64,000 nucleotides of DNA from a virus (IMGVR_UViG_2799112265_000002:41652-105651); one strand, 5' to 3'. Shown: positions 49,475 to 58,994, counted from the first letter of the stretch. Notes: generated by a model from the letters alone, not told the origin. Program-made: numbers and translations.

Positions 49475-50584
49475 ATGGCGCACCTGTACGACCTGTTCAA
49501 GCCCAAGGACCTGCTCGACAACCTCGGTAAGGGGTACGTCCGGACGCAGACCAGCCCGGACGGCAGCCGCGTCATCTTCAACTACACGAACCAGACCCAG
49601 TACGAGGGCGCCTGGAACGAGGTCACCAAGCAGACCCGCGGACTGATCATCGACTCCAAGACGGAGAAGATCGTCTCCCGGCCGTTCCAGAAGTTCTTCA
49701 ACTACGAGCAGTTGAACCACGCCGACCAGGCCGACCTGATGCACCACGAGGTGGAGACCTTCAAGAAGTGGGACGGCTCGCTGGGAGTCGGCTACACGCT
49801 TAATACCGGGGAGTTCCGCATCGCGACGCGGGGCTCCTTCACCTCCCCGCAGGCCGAGCACGCCAACCGGATCCTCACCGAGCGGTACCCGACCTTCGAG
49901 CCGATCCTGGGCCTGACGTACCTCTTCGAGATCGTCTACCCGGCCAACCGCGTCGTCGTCGACTACAAGGACCTGGACGACCTGGTCCTGCTCGCGGTGA
50001 TCAACACCGCGACCGGCCTCACGCTGGCCCACGGCGACTACGACTGGCCCGGCCCGGTCAACCAGCCGGTGCACTACAAGTCGCTGGGAGAGGTCCTGGC
50101 GAAGGTAGAGAACTGGCCGGATAAGAACGCCGAAGGCTTCGTCGTGCGCTTCCCGCACAACGACCTGCGGGTGAAGTTCAAGTACGACGAGTACAAGCGC
50201 CTGCACCGGATCCTGACGAACGTCTCCACGCTGTCGGTGTGGGAAGCGCTGGCCGCGGGCCAGGGCATCGGGGAGTTCATCGACCACGTGCCGGACGAGT
50301 TCTACTCCTGGGTCCACCAGCAGGTGCACCGGCTGGAGGCCGACTTCGACCGCGAGCATGCGGCCGTCCTCGACGACTACGAGTACATCGTCAGGCGCCT
50401 GCGCCGGCCGGAGACGGACGGCAAGAAGCGGCGCAAGGAGTTCGCGCTCCAGGCCCAGACGACGCCGTACCCGGGCCTGCTGTTCCGTCTCTACGACGGC
50501 CACGACATCACCGCGGACGTCTGGAAGCGGGTGCGCCCGGAGTTCGAGAAGCCGTTCTGGACGCCGTCGGAGGACGCCGCCTGA
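49475..50584 (+). CDS. RNA ligase 1 (T4 Rnl1-like)
   Basis: TRGLI...RPFQKFFNY, KWDGSLG, ATRGSF, EGFVV, RVKFK. Confidence 0.9.
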   Translation: MAHLYDLFKPKDLLDNLGKGYVRTQTSPDGSRVIFNYTNQTQYEGAWNEVTKQTRGLIIDSKTEKIVSRPFQKFFNYEQLNHADQADLMHHEVETFKKWDGSLGVGYTLNTGEFRIATRGSFTSPQAEHANRILTERYPTFEPILGLTYLFEIVYPANRVVVDYKDLDDLVLLAVINTATGLTLAHGDYDWPGPVNQPVHYKSLGEVLAKVENWPDKNAEGFVVRFPHNDLRVKFKYDEYKRLHRILTNVSTLSVWEALAAGQGIGEFIDHVPDEFYSWVHQQVHRLEADFDREHAAVLDDYEYIVRRLRRPETDGKKRRKEFALQAQTTPYPGLLFRLYDGHDITADVWKRVRPEFEKPFWTPSEDAA

Positions 50585-50883
50585 TGGAGCCCGACGACTT
50601 CGGCGGGTGGTTCGAGGAAGCGGAGCTGGTGGGCGGGCAGAAGCTGCTCGCCCACCCCCGTAAGGACTGCCTGGGCCGGCACTGCTGCATCCACAACCCC
50701 TCCGAGCACCACATGCGCGAGTGGCCGCAGAACTTCCGGCCGGACAAGACGCTCACCGAGCGGATCTGTCCCCACGGGTTCGGTCACCCCGACCCAGACG
50801 ACCTCGAATACAAGCGGATCTACGTCGGCAGGTGGGAGTACCTGGTCGCCGAGGTCCACGGCTGCGACGGGTGCTGCCAGTGA
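50584..50883 (+). CDS. Cys/His-rich small protein
   Basis: C...CCIHNPS.HH...ERICPHG.GHPDPD...HGCDGCC. Confidence 0.7.
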   Translation: MEPDDFGGWFEEAELVGGQKLLAHPRKDCLGRHCCIHNPSEHHMREWPQNFRPDKTLTERICPHGFGHPDPDDLEYKRIYVGRWEYLVAEVHGCDGCCQ

Positions 50884-50927
50884 CCGTGAAGTGCCTGTGC
50901 TGCCGTCCCACCACGAAGGAGAAGCCT

Positions 50928-51797
50928 GTGACCACCCTGACCATGACCAAGGGCCTGCCGGGCTCGGGGAAGACCACCTGGGCCCGGGAGCAGGTGCTCA
51001 AGGCCATCCCGGGCTCGGTCGTCATCGTCTGCAAGGACGACCTGCGGGCGATGCTGCACGCCGACCGCTTCCACGGCAAGCACGAGCGGCAGATCGTCAA
51101 GGCCCGCGACACGATGGTGGAGATGTTCCTGCTCCAGGGGGTCTCCGTGATCGTCGCGGACACCAACCTCAACCCGGCCCACGAGGAGCGGCTGGCCCGC
51201 ATCGCGGAGGGCAAGGGGGCGCGGTTCTTCGTCAAGGACTTCACCGACGTCTCGCTTAATACCTGCGTCCGCCGCGACCTGAAGCGGGAGAAGAGCGTCG
51301 GCGAGAAGGTCATCAGGGACATGTACGAGAAGTACCTGGCCCCCAAGCCTGCCGACCCTCCGGAGTACCTCCACGGCCGGCCGCACGCCGTCCTGGTGGA
51401 CCTCGACGGCACGCTGGCCAAGATGGCCGACCGCAGCCCCTTCGACTGGGACCGCGTGGACGAGGACGACGCGCACCAGGACGTCGTCGACCTGGTGAAC
51501 ACCCTGCGGGACGCGGGCGCCGAGATCGTCTTCGTCTCCGGCCGTGACGCTCGGGCCTACAAGCGGACCCGGTCCTGGCTGACGCAGCACGTGGGTGACT
51601 GGACGAGCCTGTCCCCGCTGCTGATGCGCTCCGAGTACGACATGCGCAAGGACTCGATCGTGAAGGAGGAGATCTACCGACAGGAGATCCTGGGACGCTA
51701 CAACGTGTGGCTGGTCCTGGACGACCGCGACCAGGTCGTCGACATGTGGCGCAATCTCGGCTTGCGTGTCCTCCAGGTGGCGCCCGGAAACTTCTGA
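50928..51797 (+). CDS. pseT: polynucleotide 5'-kinase / 3'-phosphatase
   Basis: GLPGSGKTT kinase plus DLDGTL, VSGR and LDDR HAD phosphatase motifs. Confidence 0.93.
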   Translation: MTTLTMTKGLPGSGKTTWAREQVLKAIPGSVVIVCKDDLRAMLHADRFHGKHERQIVKARDTMVEMFLLQGVSVIVADTNLNPAHEERLARIAEGKGARFFVKDFTDVSLNTCVRRDLKREKSVGEKVIRDMYEKYLAPKPADPPEYLHGRPHAVLVDLDGTLAKMADRSPFDWDRVDEDDAHQDVVDLVNTLRDAGAEIVFVSGRDARAYKRTRSWLTQHVGDWTSLSPLLMRSEYDMRKDSIVKEEIYRQEILGRYNVWLVLDDRDQVVDMWRNLGLRVLQVAPGNF

Positions 51798-52249
51798 GTT
51801 TGCTCTCAATAACTACGCCCCCGTCTCAGATTTTGAGGCGGGGGCAAGTAGTACCCGCTAGTAGCTTGACAATTCACGCCCTACGACTCCGTAAGTAAAC
51901 CTGTGATCCCCGTCACTTCAACACAGCGTTGAAGTGCCCATTTCGGGCAGTTACCTCAAGTAACGGTAAAGATCAGCGCGCGTAGATGAACTTTTAAGTA
52001 CCTGAAAGTCAAGGAAGAGCAAAGAAACGCTGTTGCGTAAGGACCGTCGGGGCTGTTCGCGTTCATCTTCCGATGCTAAGTTCCGTGCACAGGCCATCCA
52101 TTAGTTCTTCACAGTCGATCCCCGCGCTCTTTGCGTCAGGCAAGGACTTGAAACTCGGCTCCGTGAAGGGGATTTGGCCAGCACCATGTGTCTTCACGCG
52201 CTCCACCCTCACATCAGGGAGCGCGTTGTTGGAGGGGTTAACCAGGGCC

Positions 52250-53161
52250 ATGAACACAACCAGGCGCGACGGCCAGGACACGGGAGAGCAGGACGTCCGG
52301 GAGCTGCGTCGCCTTCATGCGGGGAGCACGCACACACCCGGCGTCGACAACGTCCCGTACGTGCGTGACAAGGAAGACGTACCGCACGAGGAAGCGCTCC
52401 CCGACTTCTACGGCCTCGACGACGCGGAGTTCCCGACCATCCAAGAGGTCAAGGACGAGCTGTCCGCCATGGTGGACGCCGGGGAACTGTGCATGGGCTG
52501 GGACGCCGAGCAGCAGGCGTTCACCTACTGGTTCCCCGCGGACGAGGAAGAAGTGTGGGAGGACCTGGCACCTGAACCCACTCCTACCGCACGCCGCCGC
52601 AAGACCTTCCGCCCCAAGGGCTTCCGTCGTGCCGTACTGACCGTGGCAGCCACCGTGGCGCCGCTGCTCCTGGGCATGGTCGCCGAAGCCTCCCTGGACG
52701 AGCACGCGCAAAACCGCCGGCCCGGACTGGACCACCCTGACCTGGCGGGAGGCTGGGCAGAAGAGCCCACGTCGGCCCCCACGTCGGCCTCCATAGCAGC
52801 CGACATCGTCACCGAGCCCTTCGAGGCCCGGCCCGACGGGGACAACTACGCCCGACATGCCCGGCCGACCGCTGCGACGGCCACGCACATGGCCAGTAGC
52901 TACGTCGGCAGGCACCGCAAACTCTCGGGGGCGTCCGTGCCCAAGAAGACCGACGCCAAGAGGCCCGACGCCAAGAGGACCGACTCGACGACGGCGAAGA
53001 CGCCGTCACCGGCCCCTGCGAAGAAGCGCACACTCCCCTCTCCCAGCCCGATCGGGGCTGCCCCGGAGATGCCGGCCGGCGGGGCCCGGCCGAAGCGCGA
53101 AAACCCTGTTCAGGAGGTTGTGCACAACGTTCTGAGCCCCGTCGAGTCGCTTCTCAGGTAG
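52250..53161 (+). CDS. membrane-anchored hypothetical protein
   Basis: Acidic N-terminus, central hydrophobic helix, basic Pro-rich tail. Confidence 0.6.
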   Translation: MNTTRRDGQDTGEQDVRELRRLHAGSTHTPGVDNVPYVRDKEDVPHEEALPDFYGLDDAEFPTIQEVKDELSAMVDAGELCMGWDAEQQAFTYWFPADEEEVWEDLAPEPTPTARRRKTFRPKGFRRAVLTVAATVAPLLLGMVAEASLDEHAQNRRPGLDHPDLAGGWAEEPTSAPTSASIAADIVTEPFEARPDGDNYARHARPTAATATHMASSYVGRHRKLSGASVPKKTDAKRPDAKRTDSTTAKTPSPAPAKKRTLPSPSPIGAAPEMPAGGARPKRENPVQEVVHNVLSPVESLLR

Positions 53162-53274
53162 TCGTTGTCAAGAACTGCCTGCGAAACGCTTGACAGAACG
53201 CGTAATCCGGAAGCAGTATGTCGGCATGCCTCGTGCTGCTTCCGGTGCGGGGTCGTCGAGAGATTGAGGGAGTC

Positions 53275-53646
53275 ATGGGCGAGCGCGTCAGAAAGTTCTG
53301 CGACCGCAAGGTGAAGCGGGGCAGGAAGGCCGAGGTCTGTGGCCAGGACGTGCCCAACGACGAGTCCACGGTCTTCCAGATCGGTACCACCCGGTACGAG
53401 GCGGACCTGTGCCAGGAGCACCAGGACGAGATGCTGGAGGCCATGGAGCCCTACACGTCCATCGCCCACACGGCCCGCAAGCGCGTCGGTACACAGGTGC
53501 GCAAGGCCATCCAGGGTAAGGGCGGCCAGGCATTCACAGCTCAGGACGTCCGCCAGTGGCTGCGCGAGGAGCGCGGCTACGACGTGCCGGACACCGGCCG
53601 GCTGACCAAGGCCTGGATCGAGGAGTTCGAGGCGGCCCACCAGTAG
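53275..53646 (+). CDS. lsr2: Lsr2-like nucleoid-associated protein
   Basis: F.I..TRYEADLC.EH...VRQWLRE.GYDVPDTGRL. Confidence 0.8.
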   Translation: MGERVRKFCDRKVKRGRKAEVCGQDVPNDESTVFQIGTTRYEADLCQEHQDEMLEAMEPYTSIAHTARKRVGTQVRKAIQGKGGQAFTAQDVRQWLREERGYDVPDTGRLTKAWIEEFEAAHQ

Positions 53647-54080
53647 CTTTCATCCGCCTCAGCGAGGGTCGGAGGACCACAGGTCCCCCGGCCCTTTTTC
53701 GCGCCCGAGAACAGTGTCCTACCCCCCGCCTCGCGCGAGGAGAGGGGGCAGTGGCCTGCGATTACAAACACGTAATCGTGATCGTGTAGAAAAGACTCAT
53801 GCAGATGAGCGAGCGACAGCCGGCCCAGGGGAACCACCTCCCCTCCGCCAGCCTGCCCATGCTCGTCCTCCCGGTCCACGAGGCATTCTGCCTGGGCCGC
53901 GGCGCGTTCCCCGCCCGCTAGGGCAGCTCCTGGTACCTCACCGCCAGTTGCAGCGTAAGACCCAGCGGGGAACCCTTCCCAACGTTGTCCAGTTAGTTGC
54001 TCGATGTGCTTGACAAGCCATAGTGCTGATACGGTAAGTTGTACAACGTTCTTCAAAGGTGTTCTACGGAACGTCTTCTT

Positions 54081-54154
54081 CTGGATGTAGCGCAGCCCGG
54101 TAGCGCGCCTGCTTTGGATGCAGGGGGTCGCAGGTTCGAATCCTGCCATCCAGA
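54081..54154 (+). tRNA. tRNA-Pro(TGG)
   Basis: CTGGATG/CATCCAG acceptor; CCTGC-TTTGGAT-GCAGG; TTCGAAT T-loop. Confidence 0.95.
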
Positions 54155-54159
54155 CTCAA

Positions 54160-54232
54160 GGCCCTTTGGCAGAGGAAGTTAATGCGCCCGCCTGAAAAGC
54201 GGGAGATCTTGGTGCGATTCCAAGGGGGGCCA
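54160..54232 (+). tRNA. tRNA-Phe(GAA)
   Basis: GGCCCTT/GGGGGCC acceptor; CCCGC-CTGAAAA-GCGGG; variant T-loop TGCGATT. Confidence 0.8.
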
Positions 54233-54242
54233 CTTTGTCCAG

Positions 54243-54387
54243 ACGCCGAGCCCTGTTCCTGGACAAAAACTGCAATCAACCCTGAACAGGGGCGGGAGAC
54301 CGAAACGCATTACTGGGGCGAATCCGCAGAACCTGTGTGGTAGGGAGCAGCACTTATCCCGAGTCCGTCACCTAATCTCGTAGGCGT
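54243..54387 (+). ncRNA. c-di-AMP (ydaO/yuaA) riboswitch
   Basis: ACGCC/GGCGT closing stem; TGGGGCGAATCC, GTAGGG and CCCGAGTCCGTCACCTAATCTCGTAGGCG blocks; directly upstream of a cell-wall hydrolase. Confidence 0.85.
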
Positions 54388-54400
54388 ACGGAGTGCAATC

Positions 54401-55027
54401 ATGAATAAGAGGATCGCTGGACTCGTTCTCGCGGGCGCACTGGCCCTTTCCCCTCTCGCGGCTTCGGTAGCGGACGCGGAATCCAGTTACGTGACCGTGA
54501 AGAGCGGACAGACCCTGAGCGGGATCGCATCGGCCCACAGGACGACGTATCAGCACCTCGCGTCCATCAATCACATATCCAACCCCAGTCGTATCTACCC
54601 CGGCGAGAGGATCTACCTGACCGCCGGCTCAGCGCCCGCGCCGGCCAAGCCCAAGCCCAAGCCCACCAGCTCGACCTCGTCGGGCACGCGAATCGTCAAC
54701 CAGGCCGCCAAGTACATCGGCACCCCGTACGTATGGGGCGGCTCCTCGACCAAGGGAATGGACTGCTCGGGCCTGACGTACGCCACGTTCAAGGCTCTGG
54801 GGAAGTCCCTCCCGCGGGTCGCGTCCAGCCAGTACCACGCCAGCAAGAAGGTCAGCTCGCCCCAGAAGGGTGACCTGGTCTTCGTCCACGACGGATCCGG
54901 CAGCGTCTACCACGTCGCCATCTACGTGAATTCCACGACGTGGCTGGAGTCGGAGCACCCGGGTGCGGGTGTCAACTACTACCACCCGTGGTCGAAGTCC
55001 GTTTACTACGGACGGATCGCGGTGTAG
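54401..55027 (+). CDS. secreted LysM + NlpC/P60 peptidoglycan endopeptidase
   Basis: Signal peptide; VKSGQTLSGIA...IYPGE LysM; PYVWGG...DCSGL...HVAIY. Confidence 0.93.
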   Translation: MNKRIAGLVLAGALALSPLAASVADAESSYVTVKSGQTLSGIASAHRTTYQHLASINHISNPSRIYPGERIYLTAGSAPAPAKPKPKPTSSTSSGTRIVNQAAKYIGTPYVWGGSSTKGMDCSGLTYATFKALGKSLPRVASSQYHASKKVSSPQKGDLVFVHDGSGSVYHVAIYVNSTTWLESEHPGAGVNYYHPWSKSVYYGRIAV

Positions 55028-55080
55028 TAGGGTCCATTGCAGGAAAGGCCGGAGGGAATTTCGAGGTTCCTCCGGCCCCC

Positions 55081-55160
55081 GCCCGAGTAGACGAATGGCA
55101 CAGTCAACCGCCTCAAAAGCGGTGCCGGAAGGCGTGTGGGTTCGAGTCCCACCTTGGGTA
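55081..55160 (+). tRNA. tRNA-Leu(CAA)
   Basis: GCCCGAG/CTTGGGT acceptor; ACCGC-CTCAAAA-GCGGT; long variable arm. Confidence 0.9.
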
Positions 55161-55234
55161 CGCAGGGAAGGCCGACGGACGAGGCTTAGGCCGGTAAATT
55201 CCGGGTGGGTGGCGAGCGGTCGAGACTTCCCCGT

Positions 55235-55307
55235 TCCTCCATAGCTCAATTGGCAGAGCAGACGGCTGTTAACCGTCAGGTTCCTGGTTCGAGTCCAGGT
55301 GGGGGAG
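55235..55307 (+). tRNA. tRNA-Asn(GTT)
   Basis: TCCTCCA/TGGGGGA acceptor; GACGG-CTGTTAA-CCGTC; TTCGAGT T-loop. Confidence 0.95.
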
Positions 55308-55370
55308 CAACACCTTGGGATGGGTGTAGTTAAAGGGCTGAGCCCCGGTGAACCGAATGGTCGCCGGGGC

Positions 55371-55658
55371 TTAGTCGTCTCCGATGCCGGTCACGACGAA
55401 CGTGAGCAGACCACACACGGTCGTTACCCCCAGCAGGGCCGGCCAGTGGGCGGACAGTAGCCCCAGGCCGGCCGTGATACCCCACGCCACGTGCTTGACC
55501 GTCCAGACAGTGACCTGCTCCGGCGCCTCGTCGTCGGCCGGGGAGGGAGCCGGCCCGCCGCGGCGGTGGGCACTCAGGTGCCGCTGCTTGTCGACGGCCG
55601 CGTCCACCTCGGTGTCGGACATGCCCCAGTCGTTGCAGCGGTCGCAGTACCAGATCAC
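55371..55658 (-). CDS. small membrane protein with zinc-finger-like N-terminus
   Basis: WYCDRC...H...H followed by two hydrophobic helices. Confidence 0.5.
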   Translation of the reverse strand: MIWYCDRCNDWGMSDTEVDAAVDKQRHLSAHRRGGPAPSPADDEAPEQVTVWTVKHVAWGITAGLGLLSAHWPALLGVTTVCGLLTFVVTGIGDD

Positions 55659-55800
55659 AGCGCACCCCCATTCTTCATTACGCGTTTCAAAGCACTTCAG
55701 GATAGGCCTCGGCCTGCTCTGACCTGCTAACTTGCACTCTGGCCACCACCGGAGGAGCGCTCACTGCTAGAGTGAAACCCGTTCACTCCTGGAGTGAACG

Positions 55801-55830
55801 TTGACATGAAAGACGTAATGGATATAGCGT
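55801..55830 (+). promoter_or_regulatory. sigma70-type promoter with AGACGTAAT in the spacer
   Basis: TTGACA 55801, 18-bp spacer, TAGCGT 55825. Confidence 0.7.
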
Positions 55831-55887
55831 AAGCGGACGCCGGGTCGACAGGCCCGGAACCACCAACCCCCTGCGAGAGGAACCCCC

Positions 55888-57126
55888 TTGAGCGCCCTTA
55901 CCGAGCACGTCGAGATCGACTGGGTCCGCGACATCCTCATGGACCCCGAGGTCGGTCACCAGGCCGCCGCGGACGACCTCATCTTCAACGGGATCGACAC
56001 CTCCGAGACGGCTGTACGGCGCTGGCGCAAGGCCAACGGCTACAAGAAGGCCATCCTGGTCGAGCCGGGCAAGGAGCCGAAGCGGCTTAATACCCTGCCC
56101 GAGGAGGGCACGGCCGAGGCAGTGGCCGAGAACGAGGCGCTGAGGGAACGCGTGGACGCCCTCACGGCCGACAACCGGCGCCTGTTCCAGAACTACAGCA
56201 AGGCGAAGGCCCGCGGCGACGAATACATCCAGGCCGTCTACCAGGCCGCCCGGGACGCCGCCCAGTTCGTAGGACAGACCCCCGTGGCCCCGCCGAAGGC
56301 CGACCGCCGCACCAAGGCCGCCGAGGTCGCCCTGTGGCACCTCACCGACTGGCAGGGCGGCAAGAAGACCCTCACCTACGACCGCACCATCATGCGCACC
56401 CGCGTGATGCGGTACGTGGAGAAGGCCCACGAGATCACCGACATCCAGCGCGCCGACCACCCCGTCCGTAAGGGCGTCTTGCTCTTCACCGGAGACATGG
56501 TCGAGGGTGTCTCCATCTTCCCGGGCCAGGTCTGGGAACTCGACGGCACGCTCTATGAGCAGATGTTCGACGTCTCCGACCTGATGCTCTGGACGATCCG
56601 GCAGGCCCTCCAGATCTACGAGGAGGTCGAGGTCGTCGCCGAGTACGGCAACCACGGCCGCCTGGGCAAGAAGTCCGACGGCATCAAGGCCTCCGACAAC
56701 GTCGACCGCATGGTCTACAACATCGTCCGCGAGCGCCTGGCCGACGAGGAGCGCCTGACGAAGTTCCAGACGAGCGGGGACTGGTACCAGCACTTCACCA
56801 TCGGCAACTACAGGGCGATGGCCATCCACGGCGACGAGATCAAGTCCTTCGGGGGCAACATTCCGGCATACGGAATTTTGCGGAAGGCCAACCAGTGGGC
56901 CTCCGGCGTCCTGCCGGCCTTCAAGGACCTGTACATCGGCCACTACCACCAGTCCATGCAGTTGCAGTTGGCCAACGGCGGCTCCGTCTTCATGACCGGC
57001 AGCCCGGAGAGCGACAACATCTACGCCCACGAGTTCGTCGCGGCCACGGGAGACCCCTCCCAGCGCCTGCACTTCATCCACCCCGAGAAGGGACGCGTCA
57101 CCAGTGAGCACCGCATCTGGCTCTGA
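55888..57126 (+). CDS. calcineurin-like metallophosphoesterase
   Basis: TDWQ, GDMVEG, GNHGR, IHGD, GHYH. Confidence 0.85.
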   Translation: MSALTEHVEIDWVRDILMDPEVGHQAAADDLIFNGIDTSETAVRRWRKANGYKKAILVEPGKEPKRLNTLPEEGTAEAVAENEALRERVDALTADNRRLFQNYSKAKARGDEYIQAVYQAARDAAQFVGQTPVAPPKADRRTKAAEVALWHLTDWQGGKKTLTYDRTIMRTRVMRYVEKAHEITDIQRADHPVRKGVLLFTGDMVEGVSIFPGQVWELDGTLYEQMFDVSDLMLWTIRQALQIYEEVEVVAEYGNHGRLGKKSDGIKASDNVDRMVYNIVRERLADEERLTKFQTSGDWYQHFTIGNYRAMAIHGDEIKSFGGNIPAYGILRKANQWASGVLPAFKDLYIGHYHQSMQLQLANGGSVFMTGSPESDNIYAHEFVAATGDPSQRLHFIHPEKGRVTSEHRIWL

Positions 57127-57427
57127 GCCCACCACCACGACCCTGGAGAACCCCTTGAGCATCGTCACCGAGGTCACCTCCGAGCACGAGGCCACCTACC
57201 GCTACCTCACCGATGACGACGGCGACTACTACGTCTCCATCAAGGACGTCGTCAGCAGCCTGCTGTCCTTCTCCGACAAGTTGGAGGGCATGGGCGGCGT
57301 CTACGAGCAGATCGGCGACGCCTTCACCCAGGTCGCCGTCCAGTTGGCCGAGCCCTTCATGCAGATCGAGACCGAGGCACCCGTCCTCAGCCTGCTTAAT
57401 ACCTACCCCTCCGGGGGCGCCGAGTGA
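57104..57427 (+). CDS. hypothetical protein
   Basis: Overlap-coupled ORF. Confidence 0.6.
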   Translation: MSTASGSEPTTTTLENPLSIVTEVTSEHEATYRYLTDDDGDYYVSIKDVVSSLLSFSDKLEGMGGVYEQIGDAFTQVAVQLAEPFMQIETEAPVLSLLNTYPSGGAE

Positions 57428-57610
57428 GGACAGCCCGCGACAACGCGGTCTGGAAGGTCCGGGTCCTGATGCGGGCCCGGACCGGCTGGAAGCCCAAGAC
57501 CTACTTCTACTCCCGCGAGTACCACGTGACGGAGTGGCGGGAGAAGGCCGCGGGCGCACCCGACCTGTTCCAGATCGACTTCATCGGCAAGTACACCCTG
57601 GAGGAAGACC

Positions 57611-58105
57611 ATGGCTAGCGGCCCCGTGCCCCCTGTCGGATCCATCGGCGTCGTCGCCACCGGAGGCATCATCGGCTGGGGCATCCGGCTGCTGACCTTC
57701 TCCCGGTACAACCACGCCTTCATCGTCGGCCCCGGCGGACTCCTCGTCGAAGCGCAGCCGGGCGGCGCCCGCATCGGCCACATCTCCATGTACCCGAAGG
57801 CCGTCTACAACAGCGACAAGGTCATCCCCGACGAGACCCGGCTGGCTATCTGGGAGACCGCCCTCGGCTTCGCCCAGGCCAACAACGGCAAGGGCATCGG
57901 CTACAACTGGCTCGACGACGCCGCCCTCGGCCTGCGCTTCTTCGGCGTCTGGTCCAACTGGATCGCCGGCCGGATCGCCCGGCAGGACCGTCTCCAGTGC
58001 GCCCAGTTGTGCGACCTGGCCTACAGCCTGAACGGCATCCACCTCTTCGACGACGGCCGCCTGCCGCTCGCCGTGGACCCCGGGGACCTCCGGGAAACCT
58101 TCTGA
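57611..58105 (+). CDS. permuted papain-like (YiiX/YebB-type NlpC/P60) protein
   Basis: I...T.S.YNHAFI before GYNW and QCAQLCDLAY (His precedes Cys). Confidence 0.7.
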   Translation: MASGPVPPVGSIGVVATGGIIGWGIRLLTFSRYNHAFIVGPGGLLVEAQPGGARIGHISMYPKAVYNSDKVIPDETRLAIWETALGFAQANNGKGIGYNWLDDAALGLRFFGVWSNWIAGRIARQDRLQCAQLCDLAYSLNGIHLFDDGRLPLAVDPGDLRETF

Positions 58106-58137
58106 CCACCACCCCCTCACGCGAGGAGCACCAGACA

Positions 58138-58641
58138 GTGACAGCGAAGACGTGGCTTAATACCCGCCCCCACCACCCGATGGCAGCCCTGAGACAGTGG
58201 CACCAGGCGGTGGGGGAGAAGAAGTTCATCGAGCGGGACGCGGCCGGCAGGGACGAACTGATCGCCCTGCGGTTCGCCCTGATCACCGAGGAGGCGCAGG
58301 AGGTCCTGGAGGCCCTGCTGAACTACGCCAAGACGAAGATCATGGACGACCACTTCGAGGCCCACCCGGAGGCCACCATCACCGGCCTGCACGTCGTCGA
58401 GGCGCCGCGCCGGTACGAGGCCCTGGCCAAGGAGTTGGCGGACCTGCTGTACGTCGTCTACGGCACCGCGGACCTCCTGGAGATTCCCCTGGAGGCCGTC
58501 TTCGCCGAGGTCCATCGCTCGAACATGAGCAAGGTCGGGCCGGCCGGCGAGGTGATCCGGCGCGAGGACGGCAAGATCCTCAAGCCCGACACCTACCGCG
58601 AGGCCGACGTCCACGGCGCCATCACCGGGGAATGGCTGTGA
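58138..58641 (+). CDS. MazG-like nucleotide pyrophosphohydrolase
   Basis: LITEEAQE...KELADLLYV...VHRSNMSK...REDGKILK. Confidence 0.88.
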   Translation: MTAKTWLNTRPHHPMAALRQWHQAVGEKKFIERDAAGRDELIALRFALITEEAQEVLEALLNYAKTKIMDDHFEAHPEATITGLHVVEAPRRYEALAKELADLLYVVYGTADLLEIPLEAVFAEVHRSNMSKVGPAGEVIRREDGKILKPDTYREADVHGAITGEWL

Positions 58642-58793
58642 AGCGCAAGCGCCGCGACTACGGCGCGTTCCTCGAAGGCCTGGCCCGCCTCGGGCTCGCG
58701 GTCCTGGACGCTCTAGCGTCCCCGTTCACCTGGATGTAGACACAAGGAAGCCCCCGACTCCAGTAGCAGTGGAGGCGGGGGCTTCCGGCTTGC

Positions 58794-58994
58794 TCAGGCG
58801 CTGTACTGACCGTCCTTGACGCCCTCGACGAAGGCACCCCAGGCGGACGTGGGGAAGCCCAGGATCGGGCCCGCCGTGTCCTTGGAGTCCCGTACATAGC
58901 GGGCGCCGTCGGTGTCGGCGACCTCGACGCACTCGCCGGCACCGTTGCTGAAGCTGCTCTTCTTCCAGACCAGCTTGTCGTCGTTACCCTGCAT
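58794..58994 (-). CDS. DUF397 (BldB-like) protein
   Basis: WKKSSFS...CVEVA...VRDSKD..GP.L.F...W.AF. Confidence 0.92.
   Translation of the reverse strand: MQGNDDKLVWKKSSFSNGAGECVEVADTDGARYVRDSKDTAGPILGFPTSAWGAFVEGVKDGQYSA

Noticed and set aside
55081-55160. Opal suppressor/Sec (TCA) or bldA-like tRNA
   Set aside because: The 7-nt loop CTCAAAA places CAA at positions 34-36, giving tRNA-Leu(CAA).
6876-57195. Long minus-strand ORFs (e.g. 6876-8732, 10339-11670, 19712-21547, 26900-28777, 39842-41554, 55783-57195)
   Set aside because: They are antisense shadows of high-GC genes with no recognisable motifs.
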